NCBI GenBank assembly: GCA_951406725.2
Contig: OX597822.1
Location: 109,678,001-109,742,000, forward strand
DNA from: Octopus vulgaris
Lineage: Eukaryota
Reading direction: 5' to 3'
DNA: 64,000 bases
Of the stretch, positions 26,067 to 42,257 are shown one piece after another. The notes under the pieces are model-generated. The model did not search any database. It was given only the letters and a program-made list of their open reading frames with translations, and had not been told where the DNA came from. A program made the translations under genes and the position numbers. Each line of letters opens with the position of its first letter. Position 1 is the stretch's first letter.

Positions 26067-27704
26067 AATAGTATTTCTTTTAGTAGAAGCAGCAGCAACA
26101 GAAGTGTGATTTTAGAAATGGTGGCGAAATTGTATCATCAAAGATTTAGCTAGATTCGCTCTTCCTCTCCTTCCATACTATGATTGGATCCAATGGCCGT
26201 AGTAACAATAGTAGACGCCTCTTCCAATTTTCTAGTATACATTTAAAGAATAAATTCTCATTTTCTAGTGATTCTTTTTTGATATACCGTAATTTCTAGC
26301 TAACGTATACCTAGATTTGTAGTAGTCCCAAGTGTCAACTCCAGTTGTTACTACACAAAAATCACATCTTTCTCAAAAATGAATTGTTTTATTATAAAAT
26401 CTTTTTTTCTATGCGCTATACTGCGAGTATGGCCACTTTTCTTCTGATTTCAATGTTCAAACTACTCTCATTACAACTACGGTTACTACCATTTTCACAA
26501 CCTTTACAATTACCACAACAACAACACAAGCTGCTACTCCTACTAGTGAAACTAATTTGATACGTCTACTGCGACAACTAAAATTGCTGAAATTATACTA
26601 ATAGACACACCTTGATACTAACATTCGTTGTGAGGAACAAAAGGGAGCTACACTGCTAAAACTTTCATGACTCCTGCCCATCATCCATCGGAAGGAAAAC
26701 AGCTACCAGCAGCGCCAGCGTTTTGTAAGAAAAGTATGTGATTTACGAATCTAATGTCATAAGCGATGAATGTAATTTAATTTATTTTTATCTCTTCTTT
26801 TAAAGCATGACTAAATTGTCATTATACGACTGCATCTAGTAGCATATAGTATTAAAATATGACCTCTTTCTTTCGTACGTGAATTATCAGAGAATTTTCT
26901 CCATTTTGGTTTTAAAATATATTCTTGTCTTTGCTCAGCTCAAATCTGGTGGCTTTAATGCTGCTATCAAGCTACACATATACACAAACACATATTATTC
27001 ATTAATAAGAAGGAACTATATTATGGTTGCCATTTGTCTACGTCTGTTAATGACATTACACATTATAACTACCGACACCACGCGAATGCCATCTTGGGCA
27101 TATCAGTCCCACAAAAATTAAGCGTATTTAAACACTGCCACCGTACAGATTACAGCTTAGAGATGCTGGTTATGCAAACCAAGTTGTAACCAAATATCAT
27201 GAACATGGCTACTCCACTCTAAAGACTGCTAACGCCAATGTATTAAAAATCTATTGTGTGTGAAGGCTGGATGGTCTCAAGCCAACATTGTGCAACACAC
27301 AATATCGCGAAATTTATGTCCCTAACTATTTTCGTCGGTGGCTACCATCATAGTGGTACGAGATTACTGTCAATAACTTGCCACAACACGTGGAAAATAG
27401 GACAGCATTAATATCTCATAACTTGCATGGTTGGTATAGGCCAAAAACAACTAGAAGCCATCTTCAGTTTTTAGACACCCTCCACACCTCCTTCAAACAT
27501 GTAATAAGATAGATGTGTCTAAACGATTATTGAAATTTAAATCAAACAGAGCTGAGTGAAACCGTTATAAAATACATGCACTTGCACCTGAGTCCAGTAC
27601 TAATTTATCGTTTGATTCTTTGTTGTTGTATATAAGCTTGTCCCAACATACAAGAGCTATACAATTAAATTATATAGGTGTGCTTATATGAGGTGACACT
27701 GCGT

Positions 27705-27946
27705 CCGTACCGACGACGAGTTTTCCAGTTGATCTGATCACCGAACATGTTTCTCGTGAAATTAGAGTACAAGGTGGCTGAGCACGCAATCGAAATGCAT
27801 CTTCTTAACGTAGATCTCGGAGAGGTTCAGCGTAGCACAGAATGTGAAAATGCTATTCTTGTTACAGGACACATCACACTGGCAGGAATCGAAATCATAA
27901 CCTTAAGATTGTGAGTCGAACATCTAACTAAGCCAAGTGCCTTCAC
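27705..27946 (-). mobile_element. Diverged tRNA-derived SINE
   Basis: ggaatcgaaatc...aactaagccaagtgccttcac resembles the reverse-complement heads at 6442 and 11482. Confidence 0.6.
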
Positions 27947-28124
27947 ACACAAAACACACACACACATGTGTATATGCATTCATATATATATATATGCATT
28001 CATATATATATCTAATGTAGGATATATATATATCTAATTTTTTTCGAAAAAATTTCTTTTCCACAAAAACTTTTATCAATGGCCAGCATATTAAAAAATA
28101 CCTTTAAAGGTTAAAATTATAAAC

Positions 28125-28269
28125 AATTCATAAATAAGGGCAAACGAAAAAATTTCTAATGCCAAATATGCCGAAAAATTGGACATATTGTCCATTAACC
28201 ATATAATTTTTTCACAATACGCACGCTACTATTTGGCATTAGAAATTTTTTCGTTTGCCCTTATTTATG

Positions 28270-28273
<4 letters not shown>
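28125..28273. repeat. Perfect 44-bp inverted repeat with 61-bp spacer
   Basis: aattcataaataagggcaaacgaaaaaatttctaatgccaaata (28125-28168) and its exact reverse complement at 28230-28273. Confidence 0.9.
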
Positions 28274-28309
<36 letters not shown>

Positions 28310-28395
28310 TTATTACTATTAATTTTATTATTATATATATATATATATATATATTGTCATTATTATTAGTAATTTTTTTATTATTATTATTATTA

Positions 28396-28438
<43 letters not shown>

Positions 28439-29946
28439 TATTTTAATATTATCATTATTATTATGAAAACCACAAGTCTTGTGAAATACAGCTAACCAGG
28501 ATTTCTCCATAGCAACAGGTTGAAAGAATCCTTAATTTTATCATTAGTATTTCTAATTTTTTTCTTTTTAAACCTACTTCAGCTTAAGCCAGGTTAACGA
28601 GTCTGCATTTTGCTCTGTAATGAAAGTCAGGTTTATGATCTTTCGGTGAAATGGATGTCTCCGTCTTAGGGTTACTTCATCCTTCTAGAAATTATTTGTA
28701 AAGGCTTTCCCATATTCTGATAAGGATCTACAGGACAACCGCTTTGCTGATAACTTCTTTTATAACACTCCACTTCATCAATCATCTGGTTATAAGAATA
28801 GGGCTCATAACCTTTTATAGTTCGCATCTCCTTACTCCTTAAATGTTAGGAGAAATGTAGGTAAAATTTCTTGCACTTACTACTTACTCAGTTTCCTAGC
28901 AGCTACAGAAGGATATTTAATAGATACATCATTGAAATTACTTTCTTTCCTGCCTCTCTAATGTAAAGACATATTGATAAACAACTGACATCTCAAACCT
29001 GCACGGAATTCACATACAGATATCTAAATGTCCTATTCGGCAGTCATGCGATAAGACCTTCGTTGTTTATGTGAACAGGCTTCAGCAATCTATGGCAACG
29101 GTCGAACATAGATCAAAGGTTATATAGGACCAGTGGAAGTAAATTTATATCCAGATACAACAACCTTTGCGCATCGCGGAAAGTAACATGCAACAACCCT
29201 CTCGGCATTAATCTGGAAACTTAAATACGGAATCATTTATTACGACATCAGCTAGTAAATTCTTTCCAATATTGAAGCTTATAGTAACGTGTCAATAGAT
29301 GGCCGATATGTTAACTCGAAAAACCGTACCTTTTAAAGAACTTAGAGCCCCCAATTACTATAAATTCCATGAATGACATTTTCTCTTTGGGCTTTCAATT
29401 TAAAAGACTACATCTTTGTGGAAATTATTTGTAGACAAGCGAACACATCTTAAACCATTCCAATCTAGTTTACGGAATTTGATATACGTAATGTTTGTCG
29501 TATCTTTGGTTGAATCCCCTGTGTTTTTCTCCGTGTTTCTTCCTGTCTCTTTCTATATGAACGTTCCCCTTCAGACAAGAGGTTCGAACGAAGCTCATAA
29601 ACTATATTGTTTTATCAACTTGAAACATGGCAAAGTGGCGAAATATTTCGCTAAGAAGACCAAGGGTAGCAGTATTTAAAAAGACATGTGGTTTTCAATA
29701 TAATAATATCTTTACTCTCATCGGTGATCGACTGTTATATATGTATGAATGTACGTATATATGTATGTATATATGTACATATAAAATAGTTTGTATTTGT
29801 TTTCATGCGAACACTAACGTCGAGATACATGCTGGTGTATCTTGGGACGGTCATTTTGCTATCAAGAAACATACACACTGCTTCTACTTCCTGTTTGGCA
29901 CCAGTTTAGATGAGTCGAAACCGAGTGTGCGGAAATGTGGAAATGG

Positions 29947-29999
<53 letters not shown>

Positions 30000-30173
30000 C
30001 ATACATACATACATATATATATGTATGTATACATATATATATATATGTATATATGTATATATATATACATATATATACATATGTATATATACATATACAT
30101 GTATCTGTGTGTGAGTAGGTGATTTTGCGAGTCGAGATATAAACACACAGACGCATTTACACATATACGTATG

Positions 30174-30234
<61 letters not shown>

Positions 30235-31059
30235 GTATATATATGTATGTATGCATGTATGTAAGCACATTTTTGGAAAATGTTCTTACACTCTTGAGAC
30301 GTATGACACTACAGAAATCATGGACAATAGTAACATGAAATATATTATGATTTGTGAAATATATATGAAAATGTGTGGCACACCCGCATACACACAGTCT
30401 CACAACCACAGTATCACATAAATCTCACGAAATGCTCACAAAGTCATCAGTCATAACAGAAAAATAAACTATTGTTCCTAGCATACTCACCACCATATAC
30501 GCACACGTTATTGATTTGACGGCGACCGGCAACACACGTGCGAAACTAAACCATGCGATTCACTGGTTTTCTGAAAGACTATGTAAGTGATTGCCTTATT
30601 AGGTTATTGATTGCTGAGTTGACTAATATTGATAAACATAAATTAGAACCAACGCGTATGTTTCTTAGTAGAAAAATGACCATGCAAAAATACTTCAATA
30701 CTCATATATAAAGATACTAATAATGAAAGATGTACTGAAACCAGTATAAAGAAATATGAATAATAATAAATATTTTCATCTTTCTTGCATGAAAACTGTG
30801 ATTGCCATATTTGCATGTTGTTCTTTCAGCTGCCCAAAACTGCCTTCGCGACATCTTCGTCAGTAAGTTCTCCTAATATCTCTTGCAGCGTTATGTGTCG
30901 CATACTGAATATTGGATATAGTTTGACTGTTTAAATGTCCTGTGGTGGCCATAGTTGGAGTAATCATATCGCCTACATGTTTTTATTTTCATATTTTTTC
31001 AATAAAATTGCTAAATACTTATGTTTTTTTACACACGGGCGCACACAGCCTCAAATTCA

Positions 31060-31068
31060 CATATATAT

Positions 31069-31141
<73 letters not shown>

Positions 31142-31239
31142 GTATATAAATATATATATACATATATATGTATATATATATGTGTATATATATACATATA
31201 TATATACATATATATATATACATACATATATATATATAC

Positions 31240-31299
<60 letters not shown>

Positions 31300-31300
31300 T

Positions 31301-31398
<98 letters not shown>

Positions 31399-31471
31399 AT
31401 ATACATATATATGTATATATATATTTATATACATATATATATATATATATATGCATATATATATGTATATA

Positions 31472-31509
<38 letters not shown>

Positions 31510-31566
31510 CATGCATATTTGCATACATGTTTGTATATGCATATATATATACATATATATATATAA
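31060..31566. repeat. ~500-bp imperfect (TA)n tract
   Basis: Direct reading. Confidence 0.95.
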
Positions 31567-32237
31567 ACCTGATAAATTTAATTAATTTTAATGGTTTTAT
31601 CCTTTAAATATGTTATATATACGTAAATAATACAGATCAACATTATTTACATATATTTGTTCAATTATGTGTACACGTTAATGATTATATGGGTAAATAT
31701 TTCTCTATTTCTTTCTAAATATTTGTGTGAAATCATTCTGCTTTCTGGATTCCAGTTGTTAACAGCTTTAGCATTCTATCTGTAACTGGTACCGTTTCCT
31801 TCATAGATATCGTAAGAGCTAAGAAGAGAAACGTTTAAAAGTTATTTAAAATATTTGGTTCAGATGAATGCGGCATACTGCGATTGTTTCAATATTTGTG
31901 ATGATTATTCCAAAGAATTCCAAACTACTGAGGGTTGCCATGAATGATGATGGGTCGTATCTCTGTATGAGGAGAATGCTTTTTTTAGTGCCTAAAATAC
32001 CTGTTGGATGGTGAATTTTTATAAAGAGCAGAATTAATAAAAAGACAAAATATATATTAACAAAGTTTTCAATAAGATGAAGACACAAAGTCGTATACAT
32101 ATGCAAACTTCTGGAATGACTAAGACGCACACAGACCCATCCATGCACACACACACACACACACACACATGGTTATGCGCACGCACGTTCTTATGTGTTT
32201 GTTGTAAATAAGAAAGGTGCTTGCATATGTTCACACA

Positions 32238-32306
<69 letters not shown>

Positions 32307-32902
32307 ATCTATAGAATTGAATAAGTTGCTGTCAACAAGAATGAATGCGGTTGGAGATTTATTTGTAATCCCTAGAATTGTTTTTACGCACGTGGTTCTG
32401 CAGGCTTGCAGGTATCTAAGTTTGTAACAGCTTCCGTGAGTTATGAGTTTTAGATGTCTACAAATACACAATCACTATAGGACAATATAAATATGCATAC
32501 GTAGGAGCCTCCAAAAACCAATTCAAGGCCCGTTATTGTAACAATATCTCTTCATTCCGAAAGATAAACCGGTGACATGTAATATCACTAGCGGACCTAA
32601 TATGTAGATTAAAAGAAGGAAAAAAAAGGATAGGACTGCTCAATAATAACACATTTACACCCGTATGATATATCATCCGAGCATATGACCTGTGCTTTGA
32701 AGAAGCCTTTTGTATCCTGTTGAGCGAAGAAAACCTGTTCAGCAAGCATTTTGTAAAGATCCCAAGATCTTGCCACCGCTCGAAATGTGTATTTTTCCGA
32801 TACCGCACGGGAAAATGATAATGATGATGATGATGATAATGATAATAAGATGATGATGATGATGATAATGATAATAAGATGATGATGATGATGATGATGA
32901 TG

Positions 32903-32945
<43 letters not shown>

Positions 32946-32979
32946 TAATAATGGTGATGATGATGATGATGAAGATGAT

Positions 32980-33855
32980 TTCATTTATGTGCCACAAACG
33001 AGAAGGATGAGGGGGGCAATACAAAAATAGACATGAAGTGTGGGTGTTTACATATAATGAAACGATAAAAAATGAAAGAAAGAAAGAAAGCAAATATACA
33101 TGGTATACACTGAAACAGAAGGGACATAAGCATAGCATACAAATGCTGTAAAAGAAAGTGGCGGAGAGGATGATACAGGAAGGCCTCTACTGTCTGAGAG
33201 TTCCCTGAAATACTAGGAGCAAGTGCCCTTTCCTACAGAGAGATACCATATAGAGAGATACCATCCACTCCTGCCATTTTCGCAACTTTCACCCACATTT
33301 CAGTATACTTGCTCCAGGACAGCACTTCCCTCTCCACTCTCAGCTTCCTTTTCAAGTGAAACTGGAAGAAGTCAATGAGAACTCTACTATATCAAAGAGG
33401 AATGTTTCTGCCCTCATGCCTTTCAGCCTTGTACACCAAACCACCTTTTTCCCCACAGCCACCTGGCAAAGGAAAACCATCTTGCCTTCCCAATTGAAGG
33501 AGGGCAGAGGTGCTATCATCACTTGAGACTTGGCCGATAGATGGATCCGCCCCACACTTGAGAGCAGTTGTTTGACATAACCCCACAAGTCAGTAATTCC
33601 CAGACACTGAACGAGGACGTGCAGAACGCTTTCGTCTCTTTGCACACAACTCGGACAAGCCCGTCTGACAGCACATCCGTGCCTGTAGAGTTTATCTCGA
33701 ACCAGTCTGGTCCGCCGGTAGTACTACCAGGTAAAGGACATCTGCAAATTATCCATGATAATTCCCGACCGGAATGTCCTCCAAAACAGACTAGCCAGCT
33801 CCTTGTCATCCGCGCCCAGAGTCTTCCCGAGAACTTCGTTGCACTTCCCCGCCAC
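32980..33855 (-). mobile_element. Tx1/L1-clade LINE 3' fragment (ORF2 zinc-knuckle region + 3' UTR)
   Basis: Minus translation LVRDKLYRHGCAVRRACPSCVQRDESVLHVLVQCLGITDLW (CxxC...H....C). The 3' end runs into an (ATC)n/(ATT)n tract at ~32815-32980. Confidence 0.8.
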
Positions 33856-33987
33856 TAATCCACCGATTCCATCTCACGATTGGTATCTAAATGAACTAAA
33901 TATTACGTTACACAGTCACATATACACATACACATATATATATGAAATAGATAGGTACTCACATAACACGCACACACACACACGCAT

Positions 33988-34023
<36 letters not shown>

Positions 34024-34076
34024 GTAGATATAGATATATATATATATATATATATATATAGATAGATACATATATG

Positions 34077-34118
<42 letters not shown>

Positions 34119-34252
34119 TCTGTATGTACGAATATGTGTGTGTACATATATATATATAAGTATATATATATATATACATATATATATACATATATATACT
34201 TATATATTTATGTATATACGTATATGTGTACGTATATATATATATGTATGCA

Positions 34253-34368
<116 letters not shown>

Positions 34369-35246
34369 AATTATACAGACAACAAAGACACGCAGAGTGA
34401 TTATGAGATAGCATTTAAGGTTACGGGATACAACACAAAAGTTTATTTGAATAAAGTACTAAATATATCATTGAAATTAACGGCAGAGTTGTAGTTAGAT
34501 TCTGCCAATCTCTTTCGATTAATTATAAATACTATTCAATTATTTTGTCTTAAGTATTTTGTCTGCTTTTTATAATAAATGTGATCGATTCAACGGTATT
34601 TCTATGTGCGGTTATTTTTAAAAATGGCAAAATTCATATTGAAAGCAAATATCAGTTTTGCCCAGCGGTGACCAAAGAAGAGGCGTGCCTCTTTTTGTAA
34701 TTCATTTGACCTGATTTTTGTTATATAATTATGAATTCAAAACTTTTAAGAAGATATGCTATTTTTGTCTATAACTTGCATCAAAGTAAATGAATTTTAT
34801 TGATTAAATTTCATCATTTTTTTAATCTTGTATTGTCTCACGTTCTGTTATTTAGCTAAATTTAATCAATAAATTTCCTACTTTTGATGCAGGATATGTC
34901 CATAGAAATAAAAGTTTTATTATTTTTCCTGTACATACAAGATTAATTTTGATATGCTTCACCTTGAATGTCTGTTTCATTTGTGTCTTTTGAAAATGGC
35001 GAATTTAGTATTGGCTTTAGTTTTTCTAACTTGAGATTTTCTCTTAGATATCTTTTTTTCCATTGCTTTGATGTTGTACATATCATGTACTGATGTTGTC
35101 TTTAGATTACATGCTTATAAATACATGCTGCCCATATTTTGTTTGTTGAACTCTAAGTGTATCTTGTAGCTGTGTTAGAAAATATATTTCGTTCTCAGTT
35201 TCTTCTCCGGTATACGGCATTGCCTCATTATACCAATCGTGATGTT

Positions 35247-35269
35247 TAACAATAATAACAATAATAATA

Positions 35270-35342
<73 letters not shown>

Positions 35343-35365
35343 CAACAATAATAATTATAATTATA
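35247..35365. repeat. (AAT)n microsatellite
   Basis: Direct reading. Confidence 0.95.
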
Positions 35366-37619
35366 AGTAATGTATCGGCAGTTTATAACTAAAACAAATA
35401 TGTAATGTATGTATTCTATTTCAACGTAATTCAAAAGTGTATTTTTAGTTTATTTACTAATAATGCCGCACAAATGCTTTAATGAAGTTTAAATGAGTTT
35501 TTGGAAAGTAAAGTCTTAAATGAATATAAAAGAAGCTACAAACATATTTTCATTCAACCAATTGTAATCCATTTCAATGCATGCTGTAAGTATATTTGAA
35601 ATTTTAAATATTCACTTATTGTAGGCTATATTTTCTGCATATACATATTAAATAATTTATATATATATATATATATATGTGTGTGTTTATATGTGTGTAT
35701 GGTTGTGTACACGTAAGTGTATTCGCGGGTGTGTCTGTATTGTATATGCGTATGTATATGTATATGCGTAGGGGAACAGCATTATTCCAGAGCGTTTTGA
35801 AATGAAAGAACCGTTTTTGAAATGAAAGAACCATTCTTAATTAGAATTTTATTCTTATTTCACCTTCTTCCAGTATTTTCTTGCAATTTCTTTTAAAATC
35901 AAAGAATTTCAAATCTGTTATTAGCCTTTCCAGTCGTTGACAACGTTACCTGCTACTAGAAGTTACATTTGTGTTACATTTCCCCTCTGAAGATAAGACA
36001 TCGCCAAGTTGCTTTTCGTAATGTCCCCGGGATGCGAACATCTAAACATTAGATATACGTAATTTAACTGTTGATTCTAGTATCGATGGTGCTCACTTCT
36101 AGAAATTTTCCGAAGATCGCAAGTACATACTTTATTAAAGTACATACAACTTCTTAATGCAATGAAACTGTATGCAACTATATAGTGGGCTTGTAATTAA
36201 ATTTATTTGAGAAATTATAGATCGTAGGCGGTGTTATTTGTCCCTATAGTTACCGTTACACTGATAATTGAGAAGCTGAATCGATATGAGACTTCTTAGG
36301 AGAAACTAACCTTTCACATTCAATACACTATATCATTTAACTTAGAGTACCTGCTTACTAATTAACTAACAATCTACATGCAGAAATAACAGATATAATA
36401 TACAATTACGTATATTATACAGCATATAATCAAGTCACATGCATCACATACATTACAAAGGAAATGACTATCCTTATACTGCTTATTTACCTCAGATAAT
36501 ATGTGCTTATATATGTGTGTGAGTGTTTGTGAGCGTGTATGTGTGTAGGAGTGTGTGTGTGTATGTATGTGTGTGTATGTGTGTGTGTGTGTGTATGTGT
36601 GTGTGTGTATACACAGAAAGAGAAATAAACAATCAATATTTTTCTGTCTTTTCAAATATTGATAAAATATATATGATAAATAGTCTACTGTATGCTATCT
36701 CTTAAAGTGTGTTGAATTTCAAAGCTGCCTGGTTTTCAAGCGAAAACTGTTGTTGTTTTCCTTTTTTGTACGGCATTCATATTCTGTTCTAATATTTCTG
36801 CTAGTTTGGTGCCCCATTTGCCTGTTATAATATTTTATGAGTGATTTCGACTGTTTTAATATTATGCTATTTTTATTGGCTCTCCTTCGGTGACTAATTT
36901 CAAACAGTGGTTTCCACCGTGGTTTTGTTTATGTTATATTTTGATATTGTTCATGTTTTCATTTCCTAATTCTATGTTTATTTTTACCTATGCTTTCATT
37001 GGTCGTCTCTCTTATTGAGAATATATGTTTCATTTACTGATTTCAAGTGTCCATGTTTATTTGGTCAAAGACCTGTGAGGAACCTACTTCTAATATCTCT
37101 TTCTTTTGCGTGTTGTTTATTAGCTTTGAGCTTAAAATGTATTTCTCTACTCCTGTACTGTTTTCTTAGCTCTAGTTCGTTATTTGTTTGTTACGCTTCA
37201 GTAATTTCATAATATATTCATTTTGAATTGATTTCCTACAAATTTGCTAAGGTCGTTTTTTCTTTGTGCTTGCGCGTATGAATATATGTATACATGTCTT
37301 TATTTTTCTCTTTGTGCGTGCGTGTGCGAATATATGATTACATGTCTTTTATCTGTGTCAACTTCCCTCTCTTTTTTGATGCATATCTTTTTATACAACT
37401 GCAGGCATAAATATTTATTCACATATCTATATACATAACTACACACCTTCATACTCTCACAACGGCGCATATAGTTTATATGTATACATGCTTTTATATA
37501 CTGGTTATAATTTTCGAAATGATAGTACAAATATATCGGAATGAGATATAATTGTTTACGGTACGGTTCTTATACTGTACATATCTCCTGAAATATATTA
37601 CGTATCTATATATATAAAG

Positions 37620-38330
37620 ATTCCAGATAGTCTGTGGGGCCCTTCATCATGTGCTATTTGATGGGCCCCAAAGCTGTTTCATACCTTGTCAAAACATCTG
37701 TGAGATATCCATGGATTAGTAGTAGATATTCTGTAGAAACAACTTGACCTCCTGCTGTGAAAGGTCCCAGATGAACGTATGTTACTGCAAGAAACTCAAG
37801 AAAGGGCATCGATGTCAACTCCCATCTTCAGCAAAAGGCAATTGCCGTTGAAAAGGGGATTACAAGGGCGTTGCTCCAACAAGCTTATAAGGGCTGAAAA
37901 TTTCGGATCTAGAATTCAGCTGTTTCAGAGTTCTTAGATTTGAAAAGCATCTGAATTCCTCTGTTACGCATAGCTAGCAATTTTTTGATACGTTAAAAAA
38001 TGATGTAGATTTTTCGAGTAATTGCTACTTTATCGTATGCAGTGTGGTGTTCAACTCCAGTCTAATACATGGCCGGCCAATCTACTAGCTTTACTTTCGT
38101 CTCTCTTACGGAAGTAAAATATATAACTAGACCTGCGATATTTTAATTCGCTTTCAGATTGTCCGATATAGCTCTTCATATCGGTTGTATTACCATCTTA
38201 TGTTGCTGTGACCTCTGTCTCATATATATGACGGATTTAATCATGCATCCCCTTTGAAGTGGACAGATTCCTGGGTTTCAAGAGTTACACCTGGGATTGT
38301 ATTTTTCGTGTTCTTTTCGTGTAATGGTGC
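37620..38330 (-). mobile_element. Very decayed LINE reverse-transcriptase fragment
   Basis: Minus strand near 37715-37680 reads SMDISQ/FDKV across a frameshift (cf. LDISKAFDKV). The remainder is weak. Confidence 0.35.
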
Positions 38331-39112
38331 TTTTCATATCAGGACAGCAACTACATGATAATTTCACTGGACACCTGTTACATGTGTATTATGTGGAAAA
38401 AGTTTGTCGAAGAGAGAGAAGAATCTTTTAACTATGTTAGTTTTTACGTTGAGGAAAAAGAAGGGCGAACCCAATTACTTTCCTAGGGCAATCAATTTTT
38501 AGGTGTATTATGAATATTACTCGTAGTTTTTATATATGTATATTCATACAGTTATGCACATATGAGTATAATATATGTGTATATGCGTTTGCGTGTATGT
38601 GTCCAGTGTGTCTATGCTATTTATATATACAGATATATGTAAATATGAATGATATTCTTCTGTCCTTCATGAAATGTTTTATGATATTTCATTCTAATTT
38701 TCCTAAATTTTAATTGTGTCGGTGTCATGTTTATTTTCATAAAACCTTTTTTTAAATATTTCCCTTACTTGCATAAAATTATTACTGTTAATTACTTTGC
38801 ATTATCTGACTAATAATAATTATTTGTCTAATTTTTCTCCATGTGTCTCCAATTTATATTATTTTTGTAAAATATATTTTGACAAATGTATACCAACGTG
38901 TAAAGTTAATTTGCGAATGTATTTATGTATGTACAGATATATATATGTGTGTGTTTATGGATGTATATATATATATGTTGGTATGTATGAATGTATACAA
39001 TATGTTATATGTTACATGTATTATATATACATATATATGTATAAATGTATAAATATACATAGATATATATATAAATATATACATACATATATATATGCAT
39101 ATGCATATCTAC

Positions 39113-39171
<59 letters not shown>

Positions 39172-39193
39172 CATACATACACATATATATATA

Positions 39194-39253
<60 letters not shown>

Positions 39254-39329
39254 AATGTATATATTATTCTTAAACAAGAATATTATTGGCACTGACTTCG
39301 GTATTTCGCAAAGCCATTGTTGCACTGCG

Positions 39330-39760
39330 ATGCTTTGAATTTTCTCTTTGGTTTAAATCGTCAGTTAAAATCTTCTTGTAGTATTTGGGTCTGAGTGGAA
39401 TGGTAAGAGTAGGTTGTCTGGAAGGGGTATTTTGGATATGTTTTATTGATTGAATTTGGGGTAATGTTATTGTTTAGAATATTTTCATATATGGAGAACT
39501 ATGTAAGCAGGTCTGAATATAGAGATGTATTTGTTTTGGTAGTTACGTATCGGACGTTCCTGTAGCTTCAGTTATTTTGGCTTTTATTGGATTTCGTTGT
39601 TTTCTTTGCTAATAATGATATCAACGGTTTAAAATGTAGTCCAGTATTTAAACGTTTAGTAATTGGATGTGTCAAGTTACATATAATTGAAATTTTTAGG
39701 GCTTCACAAAAGAATGAAAGTAGATAGTATAGTTTCTTTACTTTTGTTTGGTACTATTCA
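39330..39760 (-). mobile_element. Possible very decayed PLE ORF fragment
   Basis: Weak resemblance only (YYLL...ISIICNL, RPKYYKKILT) to the PLE post-RT linker. Confidence 0.25.
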
Positions 39761-40276
39761 TAGAAGTAGTAAGCATTTGGCTATGTATTTATATAAACTT
39801 CTTCAGTTATGTTTCATTTCATAACGTATTATTGTATTTTATATTCTGTTTAAGACTTTAGCCAACATTTGTGGATATCCTATACCTACCTACTGAACGA
39901 GATACACATAAATCTTCATATTTGCTTACAAATTTCTGCATGCAAGAAAAATATTTTAAGCAAACTTTTTATGCAATCACTAAAAATTTAATCATTAAAA
40001 AATTCTACAAAACAACTCCTCATAAAAAAACACCCTAAAACCTAAGCATCGCTTCCCTCAAATGCAAATATTCAAAGAAGATTTTAATGCTATATAGACT
40101 GTATAGGGCCAGTCAATGATTCTTATTTCAGAATGATAAATTTGAATTATGCAAAAGTATAGAATATGCCATCAGATTAATGTAATAACATTTTTATTAT
40201 ACTTAAAAAGAAGAAATAAACATTTACATACATATATTATGTGTGTATGTTTATATATATGAATATTGTTTGTATG

Positions 40277-40312
<36 letters not shown>

Positions 40313-40352
40313 TTATATATATAGTGTATATATATATGTATATATATATTCA

Positions 40353-40383
<31 letters not shown>

Positions 40384-40437
40384 ATATATTTACATATATA
40401 CATATATATATTTACATATATACATATATATATTTAC

Positions 40438-40927
<490 letters not shown>

Positions 40928-41351
40928 TTGTGTGTATATATATATGTGCATGTGTGTGTGTCTGTGTTATAATACTTTCTTTTAGGTAATTCATATGAAA
41001 TGTTTGGATATATATATCATGCATAAGGCGTACAAATCCATATAATTTTCTAATTATTTTCTTTTCGTTTTCCAGGAACTTAATAGGCAGGAAATATTAT
41101 ATTACTGTACGTCGTTTCAAACTCCACTAAAATTATTAATCAAAATATTCTCTTGTGGTACTTTTTAAAATTTCCTATGTCTGGAGATAAGACAAGCTCT
41201 ATTAATCTACCCTTTATTTTGATGTTAATTATTCATTGATGGGCAATCGTATACGTACATACATATATATAAATACATATACTTACATATACATACAGAC
41301 AGACATATATGTGCACATAAACACATATATATGTACATATACATACATACA

Positions 41352-41392
<41 letters not shown>

Positions 41393-41395
<3 letters not shown>

Positions 41396-41802
41396 CGCAG
41401 GAGTGGCTGTGTGGTACGTAGCTTGCTAACCAACCACATCGTTCCGGGTTCAGTCCCACTGTGTGGCATCTTGGGCGAGTGTCTTCTGCTATAGCCCCGG
41501 GCCGACCAATGCCTTGTGAGTGGATTTGGTAGTCAGAAACTGAAAGAAGCCTGTTGTATATATGTATATATATATAAGTGTGTGTGTGTATATGTTTGTG
41601 TGTCTGTGTTTGTCCCCCTAGCATTGCTTGACAACCGATGCTGGTGTGTTTACGTCGCCGTCACTTAGTGGTTCGGCAAAAGAGACCGATAGAATAAGTA
41701 CTGGGCTTCCAAAGAATAAGTCCCGGGGTCGATTTGCACGACTAAAGGCGGTGCTCCAGCATGGCCGCAGTCAAATGACTGAAACAAGTAAAAGAGTAAA
41801 GA
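41393..41802 (+). mobile_element. Full-length tRNA-derived SINE with CORE-like domain
   Basis: Head ggagtggctgtgtggta...gggttcagtccc; cttgggcgagtgtctt; tail ggtgctccagcatggccgcagtcaaatgactgaaacaagtaaaagagtaaagag. Confidence 0.88.
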
Positions 41803-41915
41803 GTAATATATATATATATATATGCATGTATGTATGTATATGCACATATATATGTGTTTTATGTGCACATATATGTCTGTATGTATGTATATGTAAGTAT
41901 ATGTATGTATTTATA

Positions 41916-42257
41916 ATTAATCAATATAGGGTGGCAAAAAAAATTTTGTAGAATTCTTTTGCCACCAGCGGCCTAGTAGGAAAAAATTAAATAGTCATAA
42001 ACCATTTTTACGTTCAACATCACAATCAAGGAACGGCCATAATAGGCCATTCACCCACTAGAAATAACAGCCAAAAGCTTTAACCGCAAAATAACATTAA
42101 TACCGTAAACCAGGAGAAAATTGAAAAACTTTTACCCTGTAAAAGTTTTTCAATTTTCTCCTGGTTTACGGTATTAATGTTATTTTGCGGTTAAAGCTTT
42201 TGGCTGTTATTTCTAGTGGGTGAATGGCCTATTATGGCCGTTCCTTGATTGTGATGT
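41916..42257 (-). mobile_element. PLE-derived insertion forming a perfect 119-bp hairpin, with target-site duplication
   Basis: Arms 42017-42135 / 42139-42257 with no mismatch and loop cct. TSD atgtatgtatttata at 41901-41915 and 42254-42268. Arms homologous to 18481-18590. Confidence 0.85.

Noticed and set aside
29905-29930. gatgagtcgaaacc as a hammerhead
   Set aside because: No CUGA start, no stem II and no stem I pairing.
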